From the NCBI GenBank assembly GCA_020058765.1, contig JAGVDM010000003.1, positions 52,019 to 116,018 of the forward strand: 64,000 nt of DNA, in the 5' to 3' direction. Positions 8,964 through 18,664 of this stretch are shown here, one piece after another. How positions within the stretch are numbered: position 1 is the first letter of the stretch; the number at the start of each line of letters is the position of its first letter. The notes under the pieces are model-generated. The model ran no database searches. It was given only the letters and a program-made list of their open reading frames with translations, and was not told where the DNA came from. The position numbers and the translations under genes were made by a program. This DNA comes from Candidatus Peribacterales bacterium. GTDB lineage: Bacteria > Patescibacteriota > Gracilibacteria > Peribacterales > Peribacteraceae.

Positions 8964-10220
8964 TTAATCCTTCGCACCCGTCACGCGCTTGCGCATGAAT
9001 GCGGGAACCTCCAGCTCCTCTTCGTTGAACTTTGGAGCAGTGTTCTGTTCAAAAGAGGAAGGCGTGGAACTGCGCGTAGGAATGCCGCGCTGATTTGCTG
9101 CCTCCTGGGGCTTGCTCGTGTTGCGTGCAAGTGCCTCGGCAAGCGGACGCTTTGCTGTGGAGCCGTATGCTGCCAGGCCCCCGAGCTCGCGCTGTTCAAA
9201 GCCCGTAGCGATCACCGTGCACTTCACTTCACCAGTGTAGTTCTCATCGATCACGGCACCGAAGATGATGTTGGCATCGGAATCCGCGGCCTCGGTAATG
9301 ATGCGTGCTGCCTCATCCACCTCGAACATACTGAGGTCGTTGCCTCCCGTGATGTTGAAGAGGATTCCCTTGGCTCCATCGATCGAGAGCTCCAGGAGCG
9401 GGCTATCCACTGCAGCACGTGCTGCCTCTGCGGCGCGGCTGTCGCCGGTGCCGTAGCCAATACCCATGAGTGCGGTACCGGCATCCTGCATGATGGTCTT
9501 CACGTCGGCGAAGTCCACGTTCACAAGACCGTGCACTGTAATGATATTGGAAATACCTTCGATAGCGTGCTGCAGCACTTCGTCTACTACCTGGAATGCT
9601 TCGGTGAGTGGTGTCGTCTTATCAATGAGCGACAGAATTTTGTCGTTCGGGATCGTGACGAGCGTATCGACTTTGTCGTGGAGCGACTCGAGTGCCTCAT
9701 CGGCCTGTTTGCGGCGCTTCATTCCCTCGAAGCTGAATGGCTTGGTGACAACGGCAACCGTAAGGATACCCATGCTACGAGCCAAATCGGCAATTACACC
9801 GATACCCCCCGTACCCGTACCACCACCGAGACCGGCGGTGATGAAGACCATGTCTGCACCCTCCAGTGCAGCCTTGAGTTCTTCTGTGCTCTCCTCGGCA
9901 GCCTTCTTGCCGATATCTGGATTGGCACCAGCACCAAGCCCGCGAGTTGTACCGCGACCAATGGTGATCTTGGTACCCGCTGGGTTGTGGTACAGCGCTT
10001 GAATATCCGTATTCACCGCTACGAATTCCACACCCTGCACCTTGGCTTCCACCATACGGCGCACTGCGTTGGAACCGCCGCCACCTACGCCGATCACGCG
10101 GATCGTCGCGCCGGCCAGCACATCGGGACGGACTTCCTTGGAACTCGCGCTGTCGTCGCGCGGGGGCTGCATGCCGCCGGGGCGGGAGCCGCTGAACAGG
10201 TTACGAAGCGTGTCTGACAT
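8964..10220 (-). CDS. ftsZ: Cell division GTPase FtsZ
   Basis: GVGGGGSNAV, GGGTGTG tubulin signature, NVDFADV, C-terminal ELEVPAFMR. Confidence 0.98.
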   Translation of the reverse strand: MSDTLRNLFSGSRPGGMQPPRDDSASSKEVRPDVLAGATIRVIGVGGGGSNAVRRMVEAKVQGVEFVAVNTDIQALYHNPAGTKITIGRGTTRGLGAGANPDIGKKAAEESTEELKAALEGADMVFITAGLGGGTGTGGIGVIADLARSMGILTVAVVTKPFSFEGMKRRKQADEALESLHDKVDTLVTIPNDKILSLIDKTTPLTEAFQVVDEVLQHAIEGISNIITVHGLVNVDFADVKTIMQDAGTALMGIGYGTGDSRAAEAARAAVDSPLLELSIDGAKGILFNITGGNDLSMFEVDEAARIITEAADSDANIIFGAVIDENYTGEVKCTVIATGFEQRELGGLAAYGSTAKRPLAEALARNTSKPQEAANQRGIPTRSSTPSSFEQNTAPKFNEEELEVPAFMRKRVTGAKD

Positions 10221-10259
10221 GAGAGAGATGGGGAGGGAAACGAGAGGGAATCAGAAGAT

Positions 10260-11492
10260 TTACGGAAGGAGACTTTTGAACCACGTACCGACTTGTGTTG
10301 CAGTTTTAGCGAACTTGAACGACCCCATACGGGATGGCTGGTTGCCTTCGCGCAAACCCCATACGAGCGTACCGAGCGCAGTGGCGTAGGCTGGGTCATC
10401 GACCTTTTCGATCACTCCACCAATATCCACAGGGAAGCCCATTTGGACAGGCAGACCCAACACATCACGAGCGAGATCGAGCACACCAGGTGCTTTGACT
10501 GCTGCACCTGTAAGGAGCGCGCCAGCTGGCAACATGCCGCTGCGACCAATACGTACGAGCTCCTCTTTGACGAGGGAGAAAATTTCAAAGTACCGCGCCT
10601 GCATGATCTCTGCCATGTAGCGCTTGCTCACAGTCTGGGTGTCCACTTTGCTCACCGAAGAGAGGTCGATCATTTCGCGCTCCCCTACTTCCTCTGGGAG
10701 CACGGAACCGAATTCGATCTTGATCTTCTCTGCGGTGTCGATAGATGTACGCAGACCAATAGCGATGTCGTTGGTGACACTCTCGCCGCCCACTGGGAGC
10801 GTGCAGGAGTGGAGGATGGTTCCTTCTTCGTACACGGCAATGCTGGTGCACCCTGCACCTACATCGATCACCACGGCGCCCAACTCCTTCTGGCGCTTGG
10901 TGAGTACAGACTCCGCAACAGCGATCGTGCTTGGCACGATATCGTCGATATCTACACCAGCCTGATCCACACACTTCTCGATGTTCTTCACGTGCTGCAC
11001 GTGACCAGTGATGATGTGTGCCTCCACCTCTAGGCGAATGCCCGTCATGCCCACAGGGTTCTTAATACCAGTCTGCTCATCGACCGAGTAGGTCTTCGGT
11101 TCGATGTGCAGGATGCGGCGGTTCTGTGGAATGCTCACGGCTTGAGCTGCCTCAAGCACACGAGCAACATCATCCACCGAGATCTCCGATCCGGAGATGG
11201 CGATGACACCGCGGCTATCGAACGACTCAATGTGCGCTCCACTCATACCAACGAACACATGGTTCACCGGCACGCCGGCCATGCGCTCAGCATCCTCGAG
11301 TGAGGAGATAATGTTGTGGATGAGTTCCTCCACGTCGATCACGTGACCCTTGCGAATACCGAGTGATGGGGAGAGCCCCACACCAATGATATTGGGAACT
11401 TCACGATCGCCTTGCCCATCGGCAACGGCAACTACAGTGCGAATTTTGGCGCTTCCGATATCTAAGCTGGCTATAACACGCTCTCGTGGCAT
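10260..11492 (-). CDS. ftsA: Cell division protein FtsA
   Basis: LDIGSAKI, VIDVGAGCT, GGESVTNDI, AEKIKIEFG; directly upstream of ftsZ. Confidence 0.97.
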   Translation of the reverse strand: MPRERVIASLDIGSAKIRTVVAVADGQGDREVPNIIGVGLSPSLGIRKGHVIDVEELIHNIISSLEDAERMAGVPVNHVFVGMSGAHIESFDSRGVIAISGSEISVDDVARVLEAAQAVSIPQNRRILHIEPKTYSVDEQTGIKNPVGMTGIRLEVEAHIITGHVQHVKNIEKCVDQAGVDIDDIVPSTIAVAESVLTKRQKELGAVVIDVGAGCTSIAVYEEGTILHSCTLPVGGESVTNDIAIGLRTSIDTAEKIKIEFGSVLPEEVGEREMIDLSSVSKVDTQTVSKRYMAEIMQARYFEIFSLVKEELVRIGRSGMLPAGALLTGAAVKAPGVLDLARDVLGLPVQMGFPVDIGGVIEKVDDPAYATALGTLVWGLREGNQPSRMGSFKFAKTATQVGTWFKSLLP

Positions 11493-11744
11493 GAAAAAGT
11501 TGGTGAAATGTCGAGTAGGAAAGGTGAGAACGGAGCAGAGTCTACGTCCCGTAGGAAAGCGGCTGCAAGCGGCTTCTGTACACCAAACATGAACAGATCA
11601 TCGAAACATGTTCATAGGATTTGTTCAGACTTTTCCCCTCTATGTAGGGAAGATATAAAATTGTTGATCAACCAATTTTCCTCGAAAATGTGATGAACGC
11701 AAAAAGTGAACAGCTATGAAGATCATCACAACGATTCTTTGGCT

Positions 11745-12707
11745 TCAGAACATCGACAACTGTTCACGCGATGACTCGATCTCGCTCTCTGTTGTTTGCT
11801 GCGATGCATCCCCCAGGTAGAAGTGCGAACCATATTCGCCCGTAGCCAGCGCCTGGAGCCGCTTGCTGAGCATGGTGAATTCCATCGTGCCAAAGAATTC
11901 CCGAATGAGTGGCACTGGCAAATCTTCCAGCGCTAGAGCATCCAGAGGGATCGGCAATGGAAGATCAGTTTTAAGAACCGCCATACGTTGGCAGAAGAAT
12001 GCCTGCTCACGATCGGCAACGAGCTTCTCGCGGACGCTGGGGCGGATATCCTCGAGGTGCTCGTAGATCCCTTCGAGGGAGTCGTAGCTCTTGAGCAATT
12101 CCGATGCGGTCTTGGGGCCAATACCGCGCACGCCAGGGAGGTTGTCTGAGCTATCGCCAGAGAGCCCTTTGAACGCAGGCACCTGCGCAGGAGTCACGCC
12201 GAACTTCTGCAATACACCTGCCGGATCCAGCCGCTCTGCGGCTTGGTACCCTTTATGCGGAATAGCGATGATGATGTCTTTCGTCGCCAGCTGAAACACA
12301 TCGCGATCCCCGCTCACAATGGTCACGCGCATCCCCTGCTTCTCGGCAGCAACTGCGTAGGTCGCAAGCAGGTCATCTGCTTCGTAGCCTTTATCGGACA
12401 CGCGGCGAATGCCGAACGTATCGATGAGCTCCAAGATGCGCGGGATCTGCACGTAGAAGTCGTCGGGTGTTTCCGCCCGGCCTTCTTTGTATTCCGCATG
12501 CTCCTGATGGCGGAAGGTTTCCTCGCCTTCATCGAAGCAGAAGAGCAGGGCATCTGGCTTCTCCTGCGCAAGGATAGAAATGAGCATGCTCGCCACGCCG
12601 AACACGGCGTTCACTTGTTCACCTGCACGCGTGCGCAGCGTACGGGGAATAGCCCAGTATGCCCGGTACATGAGGTGGTGGCCGTCGATCAGAACCAAAT
12701 GTTCCAT
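11745..12707 (-). CDS. Stand-alone 5'-3' exonuclease/flap endonuclease (Pol I N-terminal domain family)
   Basis: LVLIDGHHLMYRAYWA, YKEGR, EADD, SGDRD, GDSSDNLPGVRGIGPKTA. No polymerase domain. Start placed at MEHLVLID. Confidence 0.92.
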   Translation of the reverse strand: MEHLVLIDGHHLMYRAYWAIPRTLRTRAGEQVNAVFGVASMLISILAQEKPDALLFCFDEGEETFRHQEHAEYKEGRAETPDDFYVQIPRILELIDTFGIRRVSDKGYEADDLLATYAVAAEKQGMRVTIVSGDRDVFQLATKDIIIAIPHKGYQAAERLDPAGVLQKFGVTPAQVPAFKGLSGDSSDNLPGVRGIGPKTASELLKSYDSLEGIYEHLEDIRPSVREKLVADREQAFFCQRMAVLKTDLPLPIPLDALALEDLPVPLIREFFGTMEFTMLSKRLQALATGEYGSHFYLGDASQQTTESEIESSREQLSMF

Positions 12708-12876
12708 ACCAAAAACAGGTACCCGTAGGGTGCGCCAAATAGCCCATCTGCACAACTCTGTGGAAGACAAATATACAACCCCATAGTCAGAGGAACACGC
12801 AAGATATGGAGGCTTCTCCAGAAGAGCGATTTCCGCTAGAATAAGGGGAAACATACACATATCCACTTTCGCTCTC

Positions 12877-13509
12877 ATGACCCCCCTTTCCCCCGCTTAC
12901 GACAATAAAATTGCGCGCAAATACAGCGTGAAGACGCTGGAGCATAAGGTGGAAAATAAGCTCGCGTTGCAGAAGGAGCTCGGCTGGGCTCCAGAGAAAC
13001 GGATGCCGATGCTGTGTATTCCAACAGGCATGACAGAAGAGCTCGGCGGCAAACTGCTGAAGGAAGTATTGCCCGGCCTGCTCTCCCAAGGGATCGCTCT
13101 GCTCGTGCTCGGAAAAGGCAGCGAGGAGTACGGTGCGATCTTTACCAAGCTAGCCGAGGAAAAGGGGCACAGAGTTGCCATCATCAAAGATACAGACGAA
13201 GGCCGCCGCAAGATGTACGCCGCTGCGGACATGGCACTCTTCCTCAGCAATCCAACTGGCATGAGTGAACTGGAAACCGCCCTGCAGTACGGCACCATAC
13301 CAGTGGCACCAAGCTGCAAAGCACTCAAGAACTACAACCCGGTACAAGAAGCAGGAAACAGCTTCCTCTACGACGACAATACCAAGTGGCACTGCTTTGC
13401 TGCGCTCGTACGCGCACTGGAAACACATGTGTTCCCGTACGACTGGCGCACTATCCAGCGCAACTGCATGGAGAGCGTGGGTGCAGTACTGGAAGAAGAC
13501 GCAGAGTAA
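12877..13509 (+). CDS. Glycogen synthase (GT5) C-terminal-domain-like protein, stand-alone
   Basis: KVENKLALQKELG, LLVLGKG, MYAAADM, ALQYGTIPV, GNSFLY, WRTIQRNCM resemble the GlgA C-terminal half. Confidence 0.7.
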   Translation: MTPLSPAYDNKIARKYSVKTLEHKVENKLALQKELGWAPEKRMPMLCIPTGMTEELGGKLLKEVLPGLLSQGIALLVLGKGSEEYGAIFTKLAEEKGHRVAIIKDTDEGRRKMYAAADMALFLSNPTGMSELETALQYGTIPVAPSCKALKNYNPVQEAGNSFLYDDNTKWHCFAALVRALETHVFPYDWRTIQRNCMESVGAVLEEDAE

Positions 13510-13542
13510 TCTACGTAGAGCTATATGCGACGCGGGAAACGA

Positions 13543-14103
13543 TTAGTTCCCTAGAAAGTCTCGTTGTGGTGACGACTTTTTCCCCGGAGGAGGGGTTGGA
13601 TCCTTGAGCGTGCGAAGATTCGGCGCGTCGGAAACGACGGCGACGATGCTCTGCGCGGTCACTGTTTCCTCCTTGTTGAGCTCCGCGTTCCATGCTCGAT
13701 AATCACCGTCAGCCGTTTTGCCGAGGAGTTCGCGACGTTGATACTGCTGATCAGAATCGAGATTGCCGGGGTCCACCATGACAACGGTGCCGGGAGCGAA
13801 GTTATCATTCTTCTTCACTACGTTCTTCTGCACAATGTTGATACCCATGCCCGTGAGAAGCGAGCGGATTTTTTCGACGTTCTCTTCCTGCACAACACCA
13901 GTGACATGGCACATGTTGCCTCGCACAATGACATGCACGTCCTCCGCAGTCTCCGCATTCAAGCGATGAGCAATCGTAGACTCTTCATACGCACTGATAT
14001 GGGACACACCATCCGGTTCATCTCCAGATGGAATAGCGAGTTCGGTATCCTCAGGTTCGGGCGGAGGGAGCGTACCTTCGAGAATCAGGCTTTTCTTCGT
14101 CAT
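13543..14103 (-). CDS. Hypothetical protein
   Basis: 186-aa ORF with a good upstream promoter and a polypyrimidine leader. Confidence 0.65.
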   Translation of the reverse strand: MTKKSLILEGTLPPPEPEDTELAIPSGDEPDGVSHISAYEESTIAHRLNAETAEDVHVIVRGNMCHVTGVVQEENVEKIRSLLTGMGINIVQKNVVKKNDNFAPGTVVMVDPGNLDSDQQYQRRELLGKTADGDYRAWNAELNKEETVTAQSIVAVVSDAPNLRTLKDPTPPPGKKSSPQRDFLGN

Positions 14104-14127
14104 ACGGGAAAGGGGGAATACTCATAT

Positions 14128-14156
14128 ATTATAAAACAAATACTATGCTTTAGCAA
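14128..14156 (-). promoter_or_regulatory. Sigma70-like promoter
   Basis: Minus strand reads TTGCTA-N17-TATAAT upstream of ATG 14103. Confidence 0.6.
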
Positions 14157-14406
14157 TATCCGGAATTGGAGGACAGAGCGCCTCCTTCTCCTCCTTGGAG
14201 AGCTGCTTTACCTTGGCTTCGCGGCTGCGCGCCTCAGAGAGTGTCTCGAATTGTTCGCGGTACACAATCTGCACCGGTCGGCGACTGCGCGTGTACTTCG
14301 CACCGGTGCCGAGGTTGTGCTTGGCCTCGCGTTCCGCGAGATCGATGCAGGTGCCCGCGTAGAGCGAACCATCTGCACAACGAGCGAGGTAGAAGTAGTG
14401 GGACAC
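14143..14406 (-). CDS. Small GIY-YIG nuclease (UPF0213/YazA type)
   Basis: YFYLARCADGSLYAGTCIDL..R...HN.G.GAKYTRSRRPV...E..VK. GTG start at 14406. Confidence 0.9.
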   Translation of the reverse strand: MSHYFYLARCADGSLYAGTCIDLAEREAKHNLGTGAKYTRSRRPVQIVYREQFETLSEARSREAKVKQLSKEEKEALCPPIPDIAKA

Positions 14407-14484
14407 ACGACCAGTATAGTCACAAACAGTCGGAACATTCATTTGCGCGACACCGCACATTCGTTACACTCTTGCGTGCCTCGT

Positions 14485-14559
14485 GGGTCGGTAGCTCAGT
14501 GGTAGAGCAGGAGACTCTTAATCTCTTGGCCGCGGGTTCGACCCCCGCCCGACCCACCA
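14485..14559 (+). tRNA. tRNA-Lys(CTT)
   Basis: Acceptor GGGTCGG/CCGACCC, anticodon arm GGAGA-CTCTTAA-TCTCT, T-loop TTCGACC, CCA. Confidence 0.93.
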
Positions 14560-14560
14560 C

Positions 14561-15964
14561 TTAACTAAGAATTTCCACTTCGCCGATTTTCAGTTTTTTT
14601 GTGCGTCCATCGTCCATGCGCACCGTCAGGATGTGATCAGTTTCGCGCTCGGTGTAGGGAATGATGATGCGTTCTATCGTTCCTTCGCCTTGCCCAAGAT
14701 ATCGACTTCCCCAGTCACTGATCCTGATGCGCGTGCCCAGCGCGATGTCTTGCGGATCCGCCTGGATAGCAAAACGTTTGATTTCAATCACCTGCCCGTC
14801 CTTCACCACGAAACAGTCTTTATTGCCGCCGGCTTCCACGTACTCACATCCGGGCTCTTTGTAGAATCGCCTGCTTCCGACGTAATACTGTTCCTTCGCC
14901 GGGTCGAGGGTATACACATTGGCACTGTCAGGGTATTGCCTCTTCAATTCGTCATAGAGTGGTTCCCTGATACCCATTGTCTTGCCCACGCAGCGCGCGA
15001 TGATTTCCGCTCCCACCATATTTGAATCTTTGTCCCCCGAAATTTCTGACGCGCCCATGCCGAGCGGTTTCGTCGTGCAACCGATATGATCGAAGAGGTG
15101 ATACCCCTGTGTGACGCGCATGCCGCCCCTTACGTTGTCCATAACGGCTGCCGGCATATCTTCTTTACGAAAGACGTCGGCATCGAGTTCGATCCATAGT
15201 TTGCCCCCCTTCTTCTCTAATCGTGCGCCCATCTCCGTGATCGCATCAAGGATGTGCTGAGGCATTTCATCTTCGTTCTCGGGATTCTTCACCTCATCCA
15301 TCTCGTAAGCTTTCACGCCGAGAATTTTGAGTTCTTCCAAATATTGCCGTTCGGTCGAAGGCACTCCCTCTTGATCGTCCACGTCGTTCAAGCCGATATA
15401 CATGATGTTCTCGGGCTTCAGGAACGGCGCTCCCCTGAGAAGGTCAATGAGTTCCTTCGGGCCCCTGCCCGTGAGCACTGCCGATACCATGCCGTGAATG
15501 TTTCCAGATGGCGTCGTTTCCGGCGTGTTGAGGTCTGCGTGCGCATCGACCCAAATAAGACCCATCTCGATACCATGCTCATGGCAGTAGCGCAGTGCGC
15601 CGATCACGTCGAGGCCGCGTGTGTGATTGCCACCGAGTGAGAGTGGCGTTTTTCCGCTTTCCAAAATTTTCTGCACGGCGTCGGCGCCCTCCGTTGCCGA
15701 TTCAACGACCGCTTCAAGCTTCTTTGCCTTGGGGTCACTATTCCCCGGTGTATCTTTGACGGAGAAATCAATGTGCGCCTCATCTCTGAGTCGCGCACCT
15801 GATCCGCGAAACAGGTCATGAACATGGGTTCCAATATGGTAGGCCGCGTCTCTGCAATTCACTCCCACCTCGGCGCTGCCTTCGTCATCGGAATTGTTCA
15901 CGACAATGCCGATCTCTTCGCCGTCGAGATCACGGTTCCCCTCAATTTTGATGTGCTTAATCAT
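14561..15964 (-). CDS. Arginase-family ureohydrolase with a C-terminal extension
   Basis: GGNHT, WVDAHADLNTPETTPSGNIHGM, ELDAD metal motifs. Start at ATG 15964, 7 nt after TGC-TATAAT. Confidence 0.85.
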   Translation of the reverse strand: MIKHIKIEGNRDLDGEEIGIVVNNSDDEGSAEVGVNCRDAAYHIGTHVHDLFRGSGARLRDEAHIDFSVKDTPGNSDPKAKKLEAVVESATEGADAVQKILESGKTPLSLGGNHTRGLDVIGALRYCHEHGIEMGLIWVDAHADLNTPETTPSGNIHGMVSAVLTGRGPKELIDLLRGAPFLKPENIMYIGLNDVDDQEGVPSTERQYLEELKILGVKAYEMDEVKNPENEDEMPQHILDAITEMGARLEKKGGKLWIELDADVFRKEDMPAAVMDNVRGGMRVTQGYHLFDHIGCTTKPLGMGASEISGDKDSNMVGAEIIARCVGKTMGIREPLYDELKRQYPDSANVYTLDPAKEQYYVGSRRFYKEPGCEYVEAGGNKDCFVVKDGQVIEIKRFAIQADPQDIALGTRIRISDWGSRYLGQGEGTIERIIIPYTERETDHILTVRMDDGRTKKLKIGEVEILS

Positions 15965-16171
15965 TTTTATGATTATAGCAGTTTTAAGCAACTTTTTCCA
16001 GTTTGGGAACGCAGAAAACCATGAAGAATCTCGTCATAAATCAGTTCCAACGTTCTCCCAGCATCTCCATCAACTATCTAAAAATTGCGAGTTACATTGA
16101 AAGAGTAACTAAAACATCTTCCTCGCCTGCACCTTACTGCGTGCCATCTATAGCCAGCACAGCAAAACAGC

Positions 16172-16606
16172 TCACGGCGCCGTGCCGTAGAAGTGTATAT
16201 CGCGAGTGACAACATTGAAGCCAAACACGTGATATCCATTGCCCCACGTATTCAGGATCTCCCCTTCAAAGCATGTGTCCATAACGGGTTCCCACATGGG
16301 CGAGAAGCGATCGTAGTTCTCCGGAAGAATGAAATTGGATTCCACATCATTGCAGGGAACCTCTCGGTATCCCTTCGTACCAAGGATTGCGGCGTACTCT
16401 TCCGTCGCTCTAAAGCGTAACCAGATTTGATACCCCTGCCACGTGTCACCCACGCCTTGCAGATCGGTGACTGCAGAGGGAACAGGTCTCTCGATCAGGT
16501 ACTCAAACATTTCTTGCGGCGTATTGCCAGAGGAGGGGCCAGACATGCACCCCACAAGAACGAAGAGAGCGCTCGCGCCGAGAATGTGTCGAACTATGAG
16601 TTTCAT
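16172..16606 (-). CDS. Hypothetical lipoprotein
   Basis: MKLIVRHILGASALFVLVGC lipobox. Confidence 0.65.
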   Translation of the reverse strand: MKLIVRHILGASALFVLVGCMSGPSSGNTPQEMFEYLIERPVPSAVTDLQGVGDTWQGYQIWLRFRATEEYAAILGTKGYREVPCNDVESNFILPENYDRFSPMWEPVMDTCFEGEILNTWGNGYHVFGFNVVTRDIHFYGTAP

Positions 16607-16615
16607 AGGAGACAA

Positions 16616-17476
16616 TTAGAATACCTTCCGCGCGTGTGCTTTCTGCGTACCGTCCTTTGCAGGAATCAATACTGCAAAGGGCAGGTCGTTGTGCCAGGCA
16701 ATCGTATCTGGCTTTACCTCACGCTTGATATTGCGCCCGTGGCGCACGTCTTCTGCTTCTGCATCGGTGAGCTCAATGCCATCGAACTCCGTGAGTACTT
16801 CTTTGAGGGGCACAATGAACGACCAGCCCACACTCTCTGGTGATACTGCGAAATCGACCGACCACTCCCCTACCTTGGTGCGGCGAAGCCCAGAGAGGTA
16901 CGCACCGCAACGCAGGTGTTGGCCAAGATCATGTGCAATGGAACGGATGTATGTGCCGCTGCTGCACCCCACACGGAGCACGATCTTTGGGTAACTATAC
17001 GAGAGGAGATCGCACGCAGTGATATCTACCGTGCGTGAGGGGATGGTGACATCTTTCCCCAACCGCGCGAGCACGTAAGCGCGGTTGCCATCCACGTGCA
17101 CAGCGGAGTGCGCGGGTGGCACTTGATCGATCTTGCCGGTGAACTGCTGCCGCAGGAGTTGGATCACCTGCTCTTCGTCTGGCTGCTTCCACCCCGGCTT
17201 GGGCGTGAGCTCTTCGATCACGCCATCGCGATCGTAGGTGCTGCTCACCGAACCCAGTTCGATATCGGCGATGTATTCCTTGGAGAGCGAATTGAAGAAC
17301 TCTACTACCTTGAGTGCCTTGGCACCCACCGCGAGCACCATGAGCCCAGACGCTGCGGGATCGAGCGTGCCTAAGTGCCCAACCTTCTTTTCGTGCAGGA
17401 TACGACGCACCTGCGCCACAATGTCGTGGCTGGTGGGGCCTGCCGGTTTATCGATAAGGAGGAACCCGTGCTTCAC
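16616..17476 (-). CDS. truB: tRNA pseudouridine(55) synthase
   Basis: LLIDKPAGPTSHD, KVGHLGTLDPAASG, SGTYIRS. GTG start at 17476; the longer track ORF overlaps a plus-strand gene. Confidence 0.95.
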   Translation of the reverse strand: MKHGFLLIDKPAGPTSHDIVAQVRRILHEKKVGHLGTLDPAASGLMVLAVGAKALKVVEFFNSLSKEYIADIELGSVSSTYDRDGVIEELTPKPGWKQPDEEQVIQLLRQQFTGKIDQVPPAHSAVHVDGNRAYVLARLGKDVTIPSRTVDITACDLLSYSYPKIVLRVGCSSGTYIRSIAHDLGQHLRCGAYLSGLRRTKVGEWSVDFAVSPESVGWSFIVPLKEVLTEFDGIELTDAEAEDVRHGRNIKREVKPDTIAWHNDLPFAVLIPAKDGTQKAHARKVF

Positions 17477-17563
17477 GCCGGAAACTGTACCCAATACCCC
17501 GCGAGAGAGCGACGGATTCCGCGACAATTCCCCCGCAGTGCAGACTGCGCTACGATGGGCTCC

Positions 17564-18124
17564 ATGAATGTGACGCTCAGCTGGGACCTGGTGGTGATTG
17601 TGTTCTTCGGGGTGATCATGAGTTACAGCTTCATCATCGGGAAGCATGAATCGGTGAAGATCATTGTGTTTACCTATATAGCAATCGTGGCCGGGCTCGC
17701 CACGGGCAATGTGCTCACGCGGCTCTCGGCCAATTCCCAGCCGCTGCTGTCGTCCTTTGGATTGGTGCTTAATATTACGGTGCTCGACAGCACGAAGCTC
17801 CTCATCTTTATAGGCACCATCATTCTGCTCGCCATCCGCGGCGGGTTCGATGTTGCCTACGGCAACGATGACAGCGGCATCACGAATACCATTCTCACGG
17901 GACTCTTTGGATTTGTAACAGCAGGCTTGCTGCTCACCACACTCCTCACGTTCGTTGCGGGAGGGCAACTCCTATCGCCCGCACTCTCCACTGCACCGAA
18001 CCTCGCGCCCATCTTGGCACAGAGCCAGCTCATGCAGGCCATGGTGCTGTACCAAGACCTGTGGTTTGTACTCCCGGCAGCATTGCTCGTGACCGTGGGT
18101 ATTGTGAGTGGGAGCAAGGAGTAG
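17564..18124 (+). CDS. Multi-pass membrane protein
   Basis: About five hydrophobic helices. ATG 17564 is 7 nt after TACGAT (alternative start 17555). Confidence 0.7.
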   Translation: MNVTLSWDLVVIVFFGVIMSYSFIIGKHESVKIIVFTYIAIVAGLATGNVLTRLSANSQPLLSSFGLVLNITVLDSTKLLIFIGTIILLAIRGGFDVAYGNDDSGITNTILTGLFGFVTAGLLLTTLLTFVAGGQLLSPALSTAPNLAPILAQSQLMQAMVLYQDLWFVLPAALLVTVGIVSGSKE

Positions 18125-18253
18125 GGAAAATAGTCTACTGCGAAACAAAAGACACAATGCGGTCAAGTTCCATTGGATGCCACGAGCATTGCGCGGCTTG
18201 CAAAGCACTCATCGACCGCGTAACAATAGCGGTTGTTCTTCCTCTCTTTGCAC

Positions 18254-18604
18254 ATGAAGCTCTCCATCTCTCGTATTGCTACTTGGGTCTCCTCTGCCCC
18301 GATGCTCGCACTTGCCAGCGCACAGAATGCGCTCGCAGTGGACTTTGGTGAAATCCCAGATACGGGAGGCGGCGGCGACATTCACCAGGCTATTACCGAC
18401 GTTATCTTCGGTATTCTCACCTTCCTCGGCATCATCGCGGTGCTCGTGATCGTGGTTGCCGGTATTCGCCTCATCGTTGGCGGTGCAGACGAAGGTCAGC
18501 GCGAGAAGGCTCGCAACATGGTGCTCTACGCAATCATTGGTCTTATCCTCATCCTGCTTGCCGGTGCGATCGTGCAGTGGGTACAGGACACGTTCGTCGG
18601 GTAA
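18254..18604 (+). CDS. TrbC/VirB2-like pilin (CPR type)
   Basis: Signal peptide, then TM-GIRLIVGGADEGQREKARNMVLYAIIGLILIL hairpin pattern. Confidence 0.8.
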   Translation: MKLSISRIATWVSSAPMLALASAQNALAVDFGEIPDTGGGGDIHQAITDVIFGILTFLGIIAVLVIVVAGIRLIVGGADEGQREKARNMVLYAIIGLILILLAGAIVQWVQDTFVG

Positions 18605-18623
18605 GAGATCCACATCGTCATTC

Positions 18624-18652
18624 AAAAGAGCCCCGCAACCCGGGGCTCTTTT
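18624..18652. terminator. Bidirectional intrinsic terminator
   Basis: AAAAGAGCCCCG-CAACC-CGGGGCTCTTTT between convergent genes. Confidence 0.8.
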
Positions 18653-18664
18653 CGTACAGAGTGT

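Noticed and set aside
11745..12707. Truncated polA pseudogene
   Set aside because: All nuclease motifs are intact and the ORF ends cleanly in a QLSMF clamp-binding-like motif, consistent with a stand-alone enzyme.
14143..14559. GIY-YIG next to tRNA-Lys as a homing or mobile element
   Set aside because: It is the small stand-alone UPF0213 type. No intron or tRNA-end duplication was found.
17477..17968. 164-aa N-terminal extension of TruB
   Set aside because: It is antisense to a membrane-protein gene. TruB homology begins at GTG 17476.
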